The notes under the pieces: generated by a model
Seen by the model: the letters and a program-made list of their open reading frames with translations, nothing else
Told to the model about the DNA's origin: nothing
The model's database searches: none
Part shown: positions 1-11,000 of the stretch, piece by piece
Position numbering within the stretch: position 1 is the first letter of the stretch
Layout: each line of letters begins with the position of its first letter
Program-made: the position numbers and the translations under genes
DNA from: a virus
IMG/VR virus record: IMGVR_UViG_3300029258_005404
Direction: 5' to 3' (one strand)
DNA length: 64,000 nucleotides

Positions 1-374
1 GAATGGCCAGAAACATCAATTCCTGATTGAGGTTCTCCCGGTTGTATATTGGGCATATTTTTTGGTGGTTGGTATTTCTCACACCATTCATTAATTTTAT
101 CTTCAGATTCTTTTTTTAACTCTTCTGTTATAACATCGGACATAGTATCAATAGAACCAAGAAGATGATAAAATTTTGTTTCAAGTTGAGATAAAGCCTC
201 TCTACCTTGTGCTATTGCAAAATTTGTTGATGCTGCTGATTTTTCATAACCTTCAAGCTTATCAAAAAACTTTGTAAGCTCTTCAGGCTGCTCATTCTTA
301 TTACGCATAAGATAAGCAACTGCCATTTTGCACCGCTGCTCAGGCGGTAACGAATTAACATAAACTTTGTCCAT
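1..374 (-). CDS. Hypothetical protein, truncated by the window edge
   Basis: ATG at 374 with AAGGAGG RBS upstream; frame open to the window edge (MDKVYVNSLPPEQRCKMAVAY...). Not in the ORF track because it has no stop. Confidence 0.7.
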   Translation of the reverse strand, partial: MDKVYVNSLPPEQRCKMAVAYLMRNKNEQPEELTKFFDKLEGYEKSAASTNFAIAQGREALSQLETKFYHLLGSIDTMSDVITEELKKESEDKINEWCEKYQPPKNMPNIQPGEPQSGIDVSGH

Positions 375-398
375 TAACCCTCCTTAAATAGCCACCCA

Positions 399-1541
399 TT
401 AAGATGGAAGAGGAGGAGCTGGCTCCTCTTCAATAAATACATGATTATTATAATTGTAAAGCTCAGGAACATTGTCCTGTGAATTTACATTTTCAACTAA
501 AGTAAACCTTTCGTTTGCTTCATCATTTATATCAGTAATACCCTGAAACATACCATCGAATGATTCAATTTTTTCAATATATGGACTAAATACTGTATCG
601 AGATCAAGGTCAGATGTAAAACGTGATGATAGCCATTTTTCAGTAGTAACAACATATGGGCTGCTTCTATCCACATTAGTAACAATACCATAATGAATAA
701 ATGGGCCAATAGGAGATCCCCCGCCATCTACACCGCGTATTGTTAATTTAAGAATATCTCCTATGATCATATCATCAACATGAGATATAAATGCAGGATC
801 TGTTCCGGAAATAGTAACAATTTTTTCGGCGGCACCCTCGGCCGGAATTATAATATCTGCAGCGTAATCAGATGTTATTTTTGGCAAACTTGCTACAATC
901 GAAAAATAATCAAGTGGAATAACCAATTTTGAATCTTTGCCAAATCTTATCGCAGGAACACCTGCCCATCTTATCCTTTTATAGAAGTTTGATAGTGCAG
1001 TAAGTGGGGCAAAATATTCAATATCAAATCTTGTTGTTGTTATTCTTGAATCTACACTGAGATTAAAAAATAATGCCATATTATAATATTCATTATTCAC
1101 GTCTGTAAGCAAAGATAAATTGGTATCATAAATAGGAAAGGAGCTTCCATAAACTGATATATCAAGCTCTTCTGGCTCTATTTGTAAAAACCATTTAAAA
1201 GCATTTAATGTAGGATTAGTTAAACTATCAGCAAGAGTCGCAAAGTTTCTTATCAATGATATATCATAATTGTCAGTAATTGGTTTGAAACACTGAATGG
1301 CATTTCTATCGGCAGTATGAACGATTCTTGCTATACTAATCCCTGATTCATAGATATCATACAATCCATTCGGTAATGGCTTTGATTGAAAATACCCATC
1401 ATCATCAGATTGAACTGAGCCCATTGTAATACTTCCTGACGGTGCCGCCTGTTTAATAATTATCTGAGAATTCCTCAGAACATTTCCGGCACTATCAGTT
1501 ACATGCCCTTCAATCGGTTTTGAGCGTAAGTTAGAAGACAT
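399..1541 (-). CDS. Putative virion protein with N-terminal carboxypeptidase-regulatory-like (prealbumin-like) domain
   Basis: 380 aa, GGAGG RBS; N-terminus IEGHVTDSAGNVL...SDDDGYF...LPNGLYDIY is typical of this beta-sandwich. Confidence 0.6.
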   Translation of the reverse strand: MSSNLRSKPIEGHVTDSAGNVLRNSQIIIKQAAPSGSITMGSVQSDDDGYFQSKPLPNGLYDIYESGISIARIVHTADRNAIQCFKPITDNYDISLIRNFATLADSLTNPTLNAFKWFLQIEPEELDISVYGSSFPIYDTNLSLLTDVNNEYYNMALFFNLSVDSRITTTRFDIEYFAPLTALSNFYKRIRWAGVPAIRFGKDSKLVIPLDYFSIVASLPKITSDYAADIIIPAEGAAEKIVTISGTDPAFISHVDDMIIGDILKLTIRGVDGGGSPIGPFIHYGIVTNVDRSSPYVVTTEKWLSSRFTSDLDLDTVFSPYIEKIESFDGMFQGITDINDEANERFTLVENVNSQDNVPELYNYNNHVFIEEEPAPPLPS

Positions 1542-1561
1542 TAATAAACCTCCATATCTTC

Positions 1562-1590
1562 AATATACAATATTTGTTGCAATCAATCAA
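1562..1590 (-). promoter_or_regulatory. Sigma70-like promoter for the 380-aa gene
   Basis: Minus strand TTGATT-17 nt-TATATT with TG immediately before the -10 box, in a short intergenic gap. Confidence 0.45.
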
Positions 1591-4500
1591 TTACCGAGAA
1601 GCGCATTTGAAATAAGTAAGACCAAGCTTTCTTAAGCGTTCTGTAATAGTTATCTTTGCCCAGTTAAAAGCGGAATCAAATGTAGTGCCATCTCCCCAAG
1701 GGAAATTAACCCACTCATTGCCGCCATCAATAGCACTTCCAAGGTATTGTATATCACTTGAATCTTCATTTATATAATTTACTGGATAGTCGTTATTTCT
1801 ACGCACTCTTATTCTAAATTTTATTTTATTATTACTATCAATATATCTTTCAAAATCAGAAATATTATTGGTTCCTTCTTGTGATCTTATATCAATATAT
1901 CTTTTTACAGATTTTGTTAAATCTATAGGTGATGGTATATTTGTATTAAATGAAAAATTAGAATTTTTACTTAAATATTTTTCAGGCTTATGTATAGAAA
2001 GATATCCAAAATCTCCAGGTAGATTTGTTACGTCGATTAAAGTTTTATCTTTGACAAATAAATCTCCTAAGACGCCATCATATCTCATAAAAATTTTATA
2101 CGCCTCAATACCGCCAACTGGCGCCCATTGTATATAAATAATATGATAATTTTTTAATATATATGAATCTGACAATACAAAATTTGATTGACCATCAAGA
2201 CTTGGAGAATTTTGCCATTCAGGTGGAAACCATGGAAAAAAATTAGGATCAAAAGTGCTTATATAAAATGACCATATATCAGAGAATTCGTTTGTTATAA
2301 CAGCTCCCGGTGTGCCATCGTCATCAATAGCAAACATATTATCAAGAATAAGTTCACCAGCAATTTTATTAGTATCTGAAGAAATAACTGATAATGGTCT
2401 CCAGTTTCCTGAATTATTATTTCCTATATCGGACTTCATATCCCATATTTCAATAACTAAATTCGATTTTGCATCTTGAGTGGTTAAGAATTCAGATCCT
2501 GGGACAGTTGTTTCTCCTTTCGTTTGTTGTTGAGATTCAATTGCCATCATGTGCGCAAAGCCAGAAAAGTAACCATATAGCCATCTTTTTACATCAGGTA
2601 TTGCACCATTTTTATATTGATATGTCTGAAAATCCTCAAATAAAGTTGATACATCTATTTCGCATAAATATGCCGGATTTTCTCTTCCTATAAACGATGA
2701 ATATTTGTTTTTATCAAACTTCCATTGTCTATTGTCAACAAGTGTAATAAGTTTTAAATCACTTGAAAAATATGGAAGATATAAATCTGGTTCAATCTCT
2801 ACTCTTGGTTGCGTTATATTTATTTCATAAGTTCCATATTTTTTAAATTCATCAATTTGTGATTTTATTAAACTCAATAAATTCCATTCAAGTGGTTGCC
2901 ATACTAAATGGCCCGGATATTGAATTATTTCATTATGATATTGAGGTTTATAAATACCTTCTAAAATAAATGTACGATCATAATAATAATGAACATATCC
3001 ATCACCAATATTATAAATTTCATCTGATGTATATATTTGCTCAAACAACTCATGATGTGAAAAAGAATCATCACCATATGGTGCATATCTTTCATTTGTC
3101 GAGTCATATCTTTCATCTTCACCAACAGATGTTGCTTCCCATGATCCAGCATTGATATAATCAGCTTTATATAATATTTGAGTTGGAAGATATGGATGGT
3201 CTGTATTATAATTCATTACAAAGCGCTCATATACAGAACCTGGACAAAATGGAAATTCAATGTTATAGATAACTTCATACTCCCCATCACGAGAGCGTTT
3301 TACTTTAAAATGTGGATTTCGTTCAAGTATTTTTATATAACCATTAACAGCAGGTAATTTTATCATAGGTCTAAATTTTTCATATTGTTGTATTCTTGTT
3401 ACAATTGATGTGTCTGTAAGAATTTCAATATCTTCATTTGGTATTGCATTTATAGGATCACTATCTCCCGGAGGTGGTGTATTTGTAAATGTATGATTAT
3501 TACAATAAACGTGAAGATATTCATTATGGCTTGATTGAATATTTCCAGCCTGGTTAATTATTGTTCTGCATATAAAACCCATCCCAGAAACTTTCATTTC
3601 ATTATCGCTATACTTTTCAGCTCTCGGACCAAATGAGTTTATGTAAAATTTTCTATGCTTTCCTGTTCCTATTTTTCCACCAACTAAATCATCGAGGCAA
3701 AAGTCCTGACGATGCAATAACGATTCATTATCTTCTCCAAAATTATCATAAAAAACACTTGGGGCAGAATTAAATAAACCATAATTATCACGAGGATTTT
3801 TTATAATAAGAGTGTCAATTATATCAGTATTAACCTCTTCGAGCGCAAGATATCTATCAAGCTCTTTTATTAAAGTAAGAGGCGCTTTAATTTTTAAATA
3901 CATTGCCGGGTCATCAAGAAAATCACTTATACTTGTATGTTGTCTTGGCTCCCCTTTATAATTTACAAAAGATATTTTTGCTACTTGGCCATTTGCAATT
4001 GGTTTTACTGTGAAATACGGCTCTGTCATTACAACAGCAGAATTTCTTCTATTTCTCTCAGTATCTAAATCCAAACCAACAAGAACATCATCCAAATTAG
4101 GATCTTTTTTTAGAAGTATAAACCGCTCAATAGATGCATCCCATTTTGTCATATGTTTACATATATTATAAACAATTCTTGATTGGTCATCAGCTTCACC
4201 AAGATGTACACCAGAATGAAAAGTTGCTGAGCCAAACCTAGTCAATCTCGATCCAGTTGATGATGACGAGCCCCAATTAACTAAAACTTTTGCAGGTTCT
4301 AAAACTCCATTTTGAGTTATCTCTGGATAAAACTGTATATACCCTTTTGCAGGTGGGTGCTGCGGCCCAGTGGCATATTCATAATAAGGTGTTATGTATT
4401 GCCAGTCAGCGGTTTGATTAACAAAACATTGTACAAATCCAATGTATGGATAATATTTATTACTTCCGGATTGAATTTTTCTTTGATGAATGACCCAATT

Positions 4501-5298
4501 ATGAACACTGGTAGGAAAGTGATAAAATTCAGGATTGTCAGCATTGACTTTATAGTCAAACATTCTTATAATGTCATTTTTTCCAGTATAAGGATCAATT
4601 ATTGATGATATGTCACTATCACCATAGTAATCAGTAAATATAGGTAAAAGTGTTATATCAAAATCATCTTCATTCAGATAATATTCTTTATATACACCAT
4701 TGTAGGGAGATATTTTTTTATGATTAACCCATAAATATTGATCATAATACTCATATTCTTCACCTTCTGGGTATTTAGCCATATCAAGTTTGTAACCAAT
4801 AGCATAATAAACTGGAGATCTATATTGGTTGTGACGAATATTAAAATTAACCCTTGTTCTTAAATAGTCAGGATCTTGCTGTGGATTTGTACTATGAATC
4901 AATGGATATAATTCAGAAAAGTTTACATATTCAATAATATCATATTCTGAAAATTTTTGACCAACTTTAAAATACTGACGGGTAGACAATTCAGTATAAT
5001 GTTTTGGAAATGCTGAATAATTATATTCACTAAGAAATGGATATTGCTCATGAAGCCTTTCTATATTTCCATATTCTTGTTGAAATATATTTCTTTCACT
5101 ATAAAATGATATATATCCAATATGTCGGTTAATAGATATATTTTCTGCATGCTTATAAAGAAAATCAGATATCCATGAATACTTATTTATTGAAAAACCT
5201 TTTGCTACGCCGGTTGATATTAAATGATGAATATCAGAGAATTCGCTAATAGCATCATAATGATATGTTGATCTTTTTGCGTTTATAAGCCTTAACAT
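1591..5298 (-). CDS. Large hypothetical protein, probably virion-associated
   Basis: 1235-aa ORF tightly packed in the structural operon; no motif recognised. Confidence 0.75.
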   Translation of the reverse strand: MLRLINAKRSTYHYDAISEFSDIHHLISTGVAKGFSINKYSWISDFLYKHAENISINRHIGYISFYSERNIFQQEYGNIERLHEQYPFLSEYNYSAFPKHYTELSTRQYFKVGQKFSEYDIIEYVNFSELYPLIHSTNPQQDPDYLRTRVNFNIRHNQYRSPVYYAIGYKLDMAKYPEGEEYEYYDQYLWVNHKKISPYNGVYKEYYLNEDDFDITLLPIFTDYYGDSDISSIIDPYTGKNDIIRMFDYKVNADNPEFYHFPTSVHNWVIHQRKIQSGSNKYYPYIGFVQCFVNQTADWQYITPYYEYATGPQHPPAKGYIQFYPEITQNGVLEPAKVLVNWGSSSSTGSRLTRFGSATFHSGVHLGEADDQSRIVYNICKHMTKWDASIERFILLKKDPNLDDVLVGLDLDTERNRRNSAVVMTEPYFTVKPIANGQVAKISFVNYKGEPRQHTSISDFLDDPAMYLKIKAPLTLIKELDRYLALEEVNTDIIDTLIIKNPRDNYGLFNSAPSVFYDNFGEDNESLLHRQDFCLDDLVGGKIGTGKHRKFYINSFGPRAEKYSDNEMKVSGMGFICRTIINQAGNIQSSHNEYLHVYCNNHTFTNTPPPGDSDPINAIPNEDIEILTDTSIVTRIQQYEKFRPMIKLPAVNGYIKILERNPHFKVKRSRDGEYEVIYNIEFPFCPGSVYERFVMNYNTDHPYLPTQILYKADYINAGSWEATSVGEDERYDSTNERYAPYGDDSFSHHELFEQIYTSDEIYNIGDGYVHYYYDRTFILEGIYKPQYHNEIIQYPGHLVWQPLEWNLLSLIKSQIDEFKKYGTYEINITQPRVEIEPDLYLPYFSSDLKLITLVDNRQWKFDKNKYSSFIGRENPAYLCEIDVSTLFEDFQTYQYKNGAIPDVKRWLYGYFSGFAHMMAIESQQQTKGETTVPGSEFLTTQDAKSNLVIEIWDMKSDIGNNNSGNWRPLSVISSDTNKIAGELILDNMFAIDDDGTPGAVITNEFSDIWSFYISTFDPNFFPWFPPEWQNSPSLDGQSNFVLSDSYILKNYHIIYIQWAPVGGIEAYKIFMRYDGVLGDLFVKDKTLIDVTNLPGDFGYLSIHKPEKYLSKNSNFSFNTNIPSPIDLTKSVKRYIDIRSQEGTNNISDFERYIDSNNKIKFRIRVRRNNDYPVNYINEDSSDIQYLGSAIDGGNEWVNFPWGDGTTFDSAFNWAKITITERLRKLGLTYFKCASR

Positions 5299-5300
5299 AA

Positions 5301-6203
5301 TTATCCATTCACTACTGATAAGCCACCGGTACGAACCTCATTAACTATATTTGTTTTTCCTGACTTGCCTTTATTATAAGTCGGATTTATATATACAAAA
5401 AGTTTACTATCAATTTCACTAAAGAAGAATATATATCTTCCATCATCGAATATAGTCTTAATCATATTGCCAAAAAAGTCATCAGTTTTAGTTATAACAA
5501 TTGATAATTTTCCTTTGTCATAATACGCTTCATATTCTGCAAGTTGAATATTAAATTTATCTGTAGAAAGTTTCAATTCCTGTTCAATAACTTTCATTTT
5601 AATAATAACTTTTGATTCTCTAACAAATTCTTCTTTGTATTCTGAATTTGTTATAAATTGATACCATAAATCTTCATAGATATCATCTCCAATCATTGGA
5701 GTAAATCTCTTGCCAATATGGTCAATGCGAAGCTTGTCTTGAAATATTGATTTTATTTTGTCAGATGTAAAATGAAGTTGATGCACTTCAAGTTCATATG
5801 GGCCAATATCAACAACTCCAGAAATATAAATACGACGATTTCCAATAATATCAATAGGAATATCTGTAACAAATTGATTATCTCCACTATCGAGAACCGG
5901 AGAAGATTTAAGTGGAATAAAATCATTCTCCATTACTTCGTCAATATCAAATAACTGTTCAGTTAAAGGTGTTTCAATAAATTGCGGATCAATATTTGGT
6001 TGAGAGTTAATAATATTTGCCATTGGGTGTGAAATATCAAGGCTTCCAGCACCGTAATTATATGTCATAAGGTTATAAATCACATCCCCCACTGGAGTAT
6101 CAGTGGTAGAAAAGTCTAAATCACTGTCACTATATGATATAACAATGGAATTTTGTATTTCATTTCCATTATTTCCATTTTTTACTAATTGTAAATTAGA
6201 CAT
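5301..6203 (-). CDS. Hypothetical protein
   Basis: 300-aa ORF, 2-nt gap to the next gene. Confidence 0.75.
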   Translation of the reverse strand: MSNLQLVKNGNNGNEIQNSIVISYSDSDLDFSTTDTPVGDVIYNLMTYNYGAGSLDISHPMANIINSQPNIDPQFIETPLTEQLFDIDEVMENDFIPLKSSPVLDSGDNQFVTDIPIDIIGNRRIYISGVVDIGPYELEVHQLHFTSDKIKSIFQDKLRIDHIGKRFTPMIGDDIYEDLWYQFITNSEYKEEFVRESKVIIKMKVIEQELKLSTDKFNIQLAEYEAYYDKGKLSIVITKTDDFFGNMIKTIFDDGRYIFFFSEIDSKLFVYINPTYNKGKSGKTNIVNEVRTGGLSVVNG

Positions 6204-6216
6204 ATATTACTTTCTA

Positions 6217-6738
6217 TTATGCTGGTGTTATTCTTGTTCTTTCTCCGCTGTCTTCATCAACATGAACAACAAATAATGGCGTTACATTGTCTCGTTTATA
6301 GAATGTAATATCACCGGAAGATGGTGTATCTTTCAAGAAGCGCCCATTAGCCATCGCCATTAAAAATTCATTAATAGATTCAACTGTAACACCATCAATA
6401 ATAGTATTTGAATCAACAAACTGATGCATGGCATTTTGGTCCCCATACGTTTCAATAATAATAAAATCGTCGAGCCATACTTTTGGATCTGTTTGATCTA
6501 CAATTGGAATTCTCATACTTTTTCCAGTAAGCTCTGCAGCATCGAGGGTTAATCTATACCCTTGATCTACTAAAATAAATCCATTAATAGTATTTGATTC
6601 TGACCCTCCATCAATTGATATTTTTGTATCACCGGCAACATGAATTGCTGTGGTAATTAAATTGACACCAGTTGGATCAAATAATGAAAAATCAATTACA
6701 GATGCTGTAGCGTATCTTCTTAATAATTTCATTGGCAT
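6217..6738 (-). CDS. Putative tail/baseplate structural protein
   Basis: 173 aa; beta-rich N-terminus (GYRLTLDAAEL) and C-terminal FYKRDNVTPLF...SGERTRI segment resemble phage tail appendage proteins; operon context. Confidence 0.45.
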   Translation of the reverse strand: MPMKLLRRYATASVIDFSLFDPTGVNLITTAIHVAGDTKISIDGGSESNTINGFILVDQGYRLTLDAAELTGKSMRIPIVDQTDPKVWLDDFIIIETYGDQNAMHQFVDSNTIIDGVTVESINEFLMAMANGRFLKDTPSSGDITFYKRDNVTPLFVVHVDEDSGERTRITPA

Positions 6739-6752
6739 AATTTTTCCCCTTT

Positions 6753-8009
6753 TTAAAATCCATCATCAATTGTATCTCTTCTTCTACGAAGGGCCGCAAT
6801 AGTATTTTCAATATCAATATAATCTGTTTTTGTTATTGTCGCAAAATCCTCATTTATAAAAGATTCTGCCGTTTCTGTGCTATTGTTGGCTATGGTAACA
6901 AACTTATCATTTCCATATGCAATACCACGATAGCTCCTGTTATCAAAAGTTCCTATTATCGTTGCTTCTTTCCAATTAATACCATCAGTAGAATACGCTG
7001 TTTTTGTTAAACTTGGGGCTAATGATGGATTGGTCATAAAAAATTTACCATCAGCAAATGTTATATGAGCCCAATTCGATCCAAATCCAACATTATGAAC
7101 AGTCCAGTTTATCAAATCAGTTGATATTAAAACTTGAGAGGGAAGGTATCGGCCTCTTGTTAATACATATATGCCATTACCATAAGCTATACTTGCCGGA
7201 TGAGGAATATTACCATCAATCGTGACTGGTAGTGTTCTAACGGTTACATCCGTTGCGTTTGTCGAAGTAATATATAAATTACCAGCACCACCGCTAAGAT
7301 TCCCTGGCATAAAAAAATATCCATTAACAAATTCAACCCTTCTAAAACTATAACCACCAGGGATTGTTCCATGAACAGTGCATGGATAAAAATTAATTCC
7401 ATTTAATGAATATCTTGGAAGAGTAGAAAAGCCTATTAAATATCTACCATTACCAAATGCAATATCATCCATAAATGGCAATTGAGGTGTAATAGTTCGT
7501 AAACTCCAATTTATCCCATCTGGAGATATTGGAACTTTACTTGTTCCTGTTCCGTATAAATCCATTTGTTGTCCAACTATTATGAAATTACTTCCATCCC
7601 AAGTAATTCCATAAACTAAAGGGGCATTTGGAGGATTGGGTTGTGGATATGTACTTGACACCCAAGTAATCCCATCAGTAGATGATTTTACTGTCATGCC
7701 AGATCCACCATGCTGTGTTGTTATAAACCTTCCATTTGCAAAAATTAATCTATCCCAGGTTCCTGAATAATTATTATGTATCTGAAATGCAAAATATTTG
7801 TTAATAATTTTTAATGTTGGTGAATAAACCGCCCCTGTAAGATATGTGTGTAAAGGGTTTTGTAAATTTGAAACACCGGAATCTCCAAAACTCCATTCCC
7901 AATCTGTAATAACGCTATCACCATCAACAGTTGATTCATCTGTAAATTGAACCGATAATGGCCTTACTCCAGAAAGTGGAAAAGCAGAAAAATCAGCATA
8001 TAAACCCAT
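6753..8009 (-). CDS. PKD domain plus beta-propeller protein (putative receptor-binding/tail appendage)
   Basis: PKD motif ADFSA...VQFTDES...WEWSFGD...NPLHTY; repeated (I/L)A(F/Y)GNG-x-(F/Y) ... W blades. Confidence 0.75.
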   Translation of the reverse strand: MGLYADFSAFPLSGVRPLSVQFTDESTVDGDSVITDWEWSFGDSGVSNLQNPLHTYLTGAVYSPTLKIINKYFAFQIHNNYSGTWDRLIFANGRFITTQHGGSGMTVKSSTDGITWVSSTYPQPNPPNAPLVYGITWDGSNFIIVGQQMDLYGTGTSKVPISPDGINWSLRTITPQLPFMDDIAFGNGRYLIGFSTLPRYSLNGINFYPCTVHGTIPGGYSFRRVEFVNGYFFMPGNLSGGAGNLYITSTNATDVTVRTLPVTIDGNIPHPASIAYGNGIYVLTRGRYLPSQVLISTDLINWTVHNVGFGSNWAHITFADGKFFMTNPSLAPSLTKTAYSTDGINWKEATIIGTFDNRSYRGIAYGNDKFVTIANNSTETAESFINEDFATITKTDYIDIENTIAALRRRRDTIDDGF

Positions 8010-8011
8010 AA

Positions 8012-11000
8012 TTATCCATTTCTATATATTAGAATAGAATTAATTACACAAATAGTTGCATCTGCAATATTATCAATTATACTATCCTTATTTACTTGAA
8101 CAATAGAATTTATAAATTTAAGTGCTTTCGTGGCGGCAGTATTATTTAAAAGATAGCCTTGAGCAGCAGATGCATCGCTATATACTTTCATACCATCATA
8201 TGTTAACATGGCTTGGTCGCTTATATCATCAGCTATAGGGCCAACATATATATGTGATGCCGGGCCAAGATGAGCTTCAGGTGGATATGTTTTTATAGTA
8301 ACCGTTCTCGGGTTTCTATTTTGAAGTTCAAATGTCCCAGATTTAGTTACACCGCCTTGTACATAAATTATAACATTATCAGTAGTTGGTAGTGAAGCAA
8401 GAAAGGCATTTATATGATAATCAGGATCGACACCTTCAATCCCAGTAAATTGATATAATGGATTAATGTATGGTAAATAATTTGCCTCATCAAGGCGAAG
8501 ATGAATTATTAACAATGGATATTCCATTGATTCAAACCCAACACCATCTATCTCAATAGGTCCAGTAACAAGCTCGCCTGTGCCTATTATATCAACAACT
8601 TCAAAAGCTCCAACATCATAATCTCCTAAATCTCTTAATCTACCACCAATGTCATCGATATAAGAATATAGCCAATCTGTACTCATATCAATAGCACTGT
8701 CTACAGCAAATCCGTCTCTGATTTTATTGAGATTATAATTATCAGGTCTATCAATAAATTTGACATATTGCTCTTTTATATTACCAGTACCAGGAAATAA
8801 CCATGATGAAAAATCACTACTGATACAATTATATAGAGCAAGTCTGCCAAAATAATTTTCAAATGTAGAAACGTAATCACGATATCTTGAATCTTGAGCT
8901 ATATTATTTCTTAACTCAACAGAAAGGCCATCAGAATAATCATCATCAGCTTTTTCTAAATAAAATGCTCTTAAGCAATTTACTACAGTATTATTATTTA
9001 TACGTTGCAACGATGAGAATCCTGGATTGAGATTTGCTTTTACCATAATTCCATTTTTAGAACAATCATAAACAAGATTGTTGAATATAATATCTTCAGG
9101 GTTAATTCCTGTTTCAATTACAATTCCATTTCCTTGACAATCTTTAATTACATTATAACCAATATATGCATCTTTACAGTCAAATAAATTAATACCATCT
9201 TTATTTAACCCATTTGCATTTATGAGCAATCCTTCTATTTCTATATATTGTGCCTGAAAAAAATATATTGAAGAAATGCTTTCATTAAATTCTTCCGGCT
9301 CAAATCTGAATCCTTCATCATATAATCCATCATGCCGTTGTGAATTATTACATTCAGTAATAGTATTATATGGTGTTGTAATTTTTAAGTTATGATGTTT
9401 ATCAAAACTCATTAATGATGAATTAATAGCCTGTTGTACAGATCTCCCGATGCCCTCATTATAACAAGCAAGTATTAAATAAACACCAACATTTGATAAA
9501 GATGTATTATCAAAATATGTGGTACTTATTATTCCAGAATCATCAAGAGCTTCGTATAATGTATTAAAAATACGATTTATACTAAATACAGTACCTGAGC
9601 GGGCTAGTATCATATTACCCTGATAATCAACAACTTCCCATCTTGTTTCATTAATTTTTTCAATGATAATACAACCATTTGAAAAAGGATTTCCGGTATC
9701 TATTATTTGGCTACCTATTCCCATGCTAAGTTTTGTTTGCGGAATATAAAAATCGATATAACTCTTCCCATTCAATTCAATAATATTATATGTAAGCGCT
9801 ACGGATAAAGGCTTTGTTTGGTGATCAATACTTGTGTCACCTATTGCATACACAACCTTTTTTGATTGATATTCGAGAGACCCTCTATCCCATTTTCTAA
9901 GACGTGGAGTGCTTCCACCATCTATATCAAATGGATAATCTGGATTATGAAGAAGGTGTTTTGCCGACCATATTGCTAAATCATCATATAATAAATTGAG
10001 ATGATAATTACGAGATTCTGCAGCACCGGTTTTTTGTATAAAAGTAAGTGTAAGGCTATTTATATTTTTATTTTCATCATTAACAATTAATGAAGTATCG
10101 CTTGCTATACAATATTCAGCTGTTGTACCATCATAATAATCGCCGGCTGTCCCGCGCTGACCAATATTGTTAATCATAATATCAGAAGGTGCATTGTGAT
10201 AGCAATAATTGCCACATTCATCGATTGTATTGTTATAAAGAATATCAGTATTTGAAGTAACAATACCGTCAACTGGCAAAAGGGCGGCAGTATTATTAAT
10301 GTAAATATTATTTGAATTTCTACCTACTATTTTTGTTCCGCCGGGAAGCGGCTCAGACGCTACCCACAAATCTATATAACTAAAACCATGTGACTTAGGA
10401 CCTTCAACCTCTATCCAATGACTGCCAGACCATGATACAACTGTTCCTGGATGCTTACGCCATTTTTTAGAACCAAGACCGTCACCATCATTAAAATCAT
10501 CAAGGTAATAAAGTGAAGTTGTGCTATCTTCACCAGAATCATCAACATATAAACCTTCTGTTGTAATAGTCCCGCCACGCACTAACCGAACTTTATATTC
10601 CCGGTTAAATTTCCAAGGAAAGTTGAGTGATGACCCGCCAAAGTTAAAAGCACCATTTTCCCAGTTGCACTCCGCTTTAATACCACCACTATCCTCAAGA
10701 ATAAAACGTAATTTCTGTCCTATTGAATCATCTGCACCAAGTCTTATACCAAATTCATAATCGAAGTCGCCTGATTTCAATGTTCCTGAATCTGTAAGCT
10801 CATCTTTAACGCCTACTTGCGCCCATTTAGGCACGGCAACATAACCGAGTCCTGATACATTTCTCAGTTCCCAATTATTATAAAAATTTGATACCCATAT
10901 GTCATTTCGTATTGATCCTGTGAAATGGTCTCCTGTAAAATCATCATGCCCCATATCATTAGGAACCACTCCATTATCACCAAGATAAAAATAATTATTT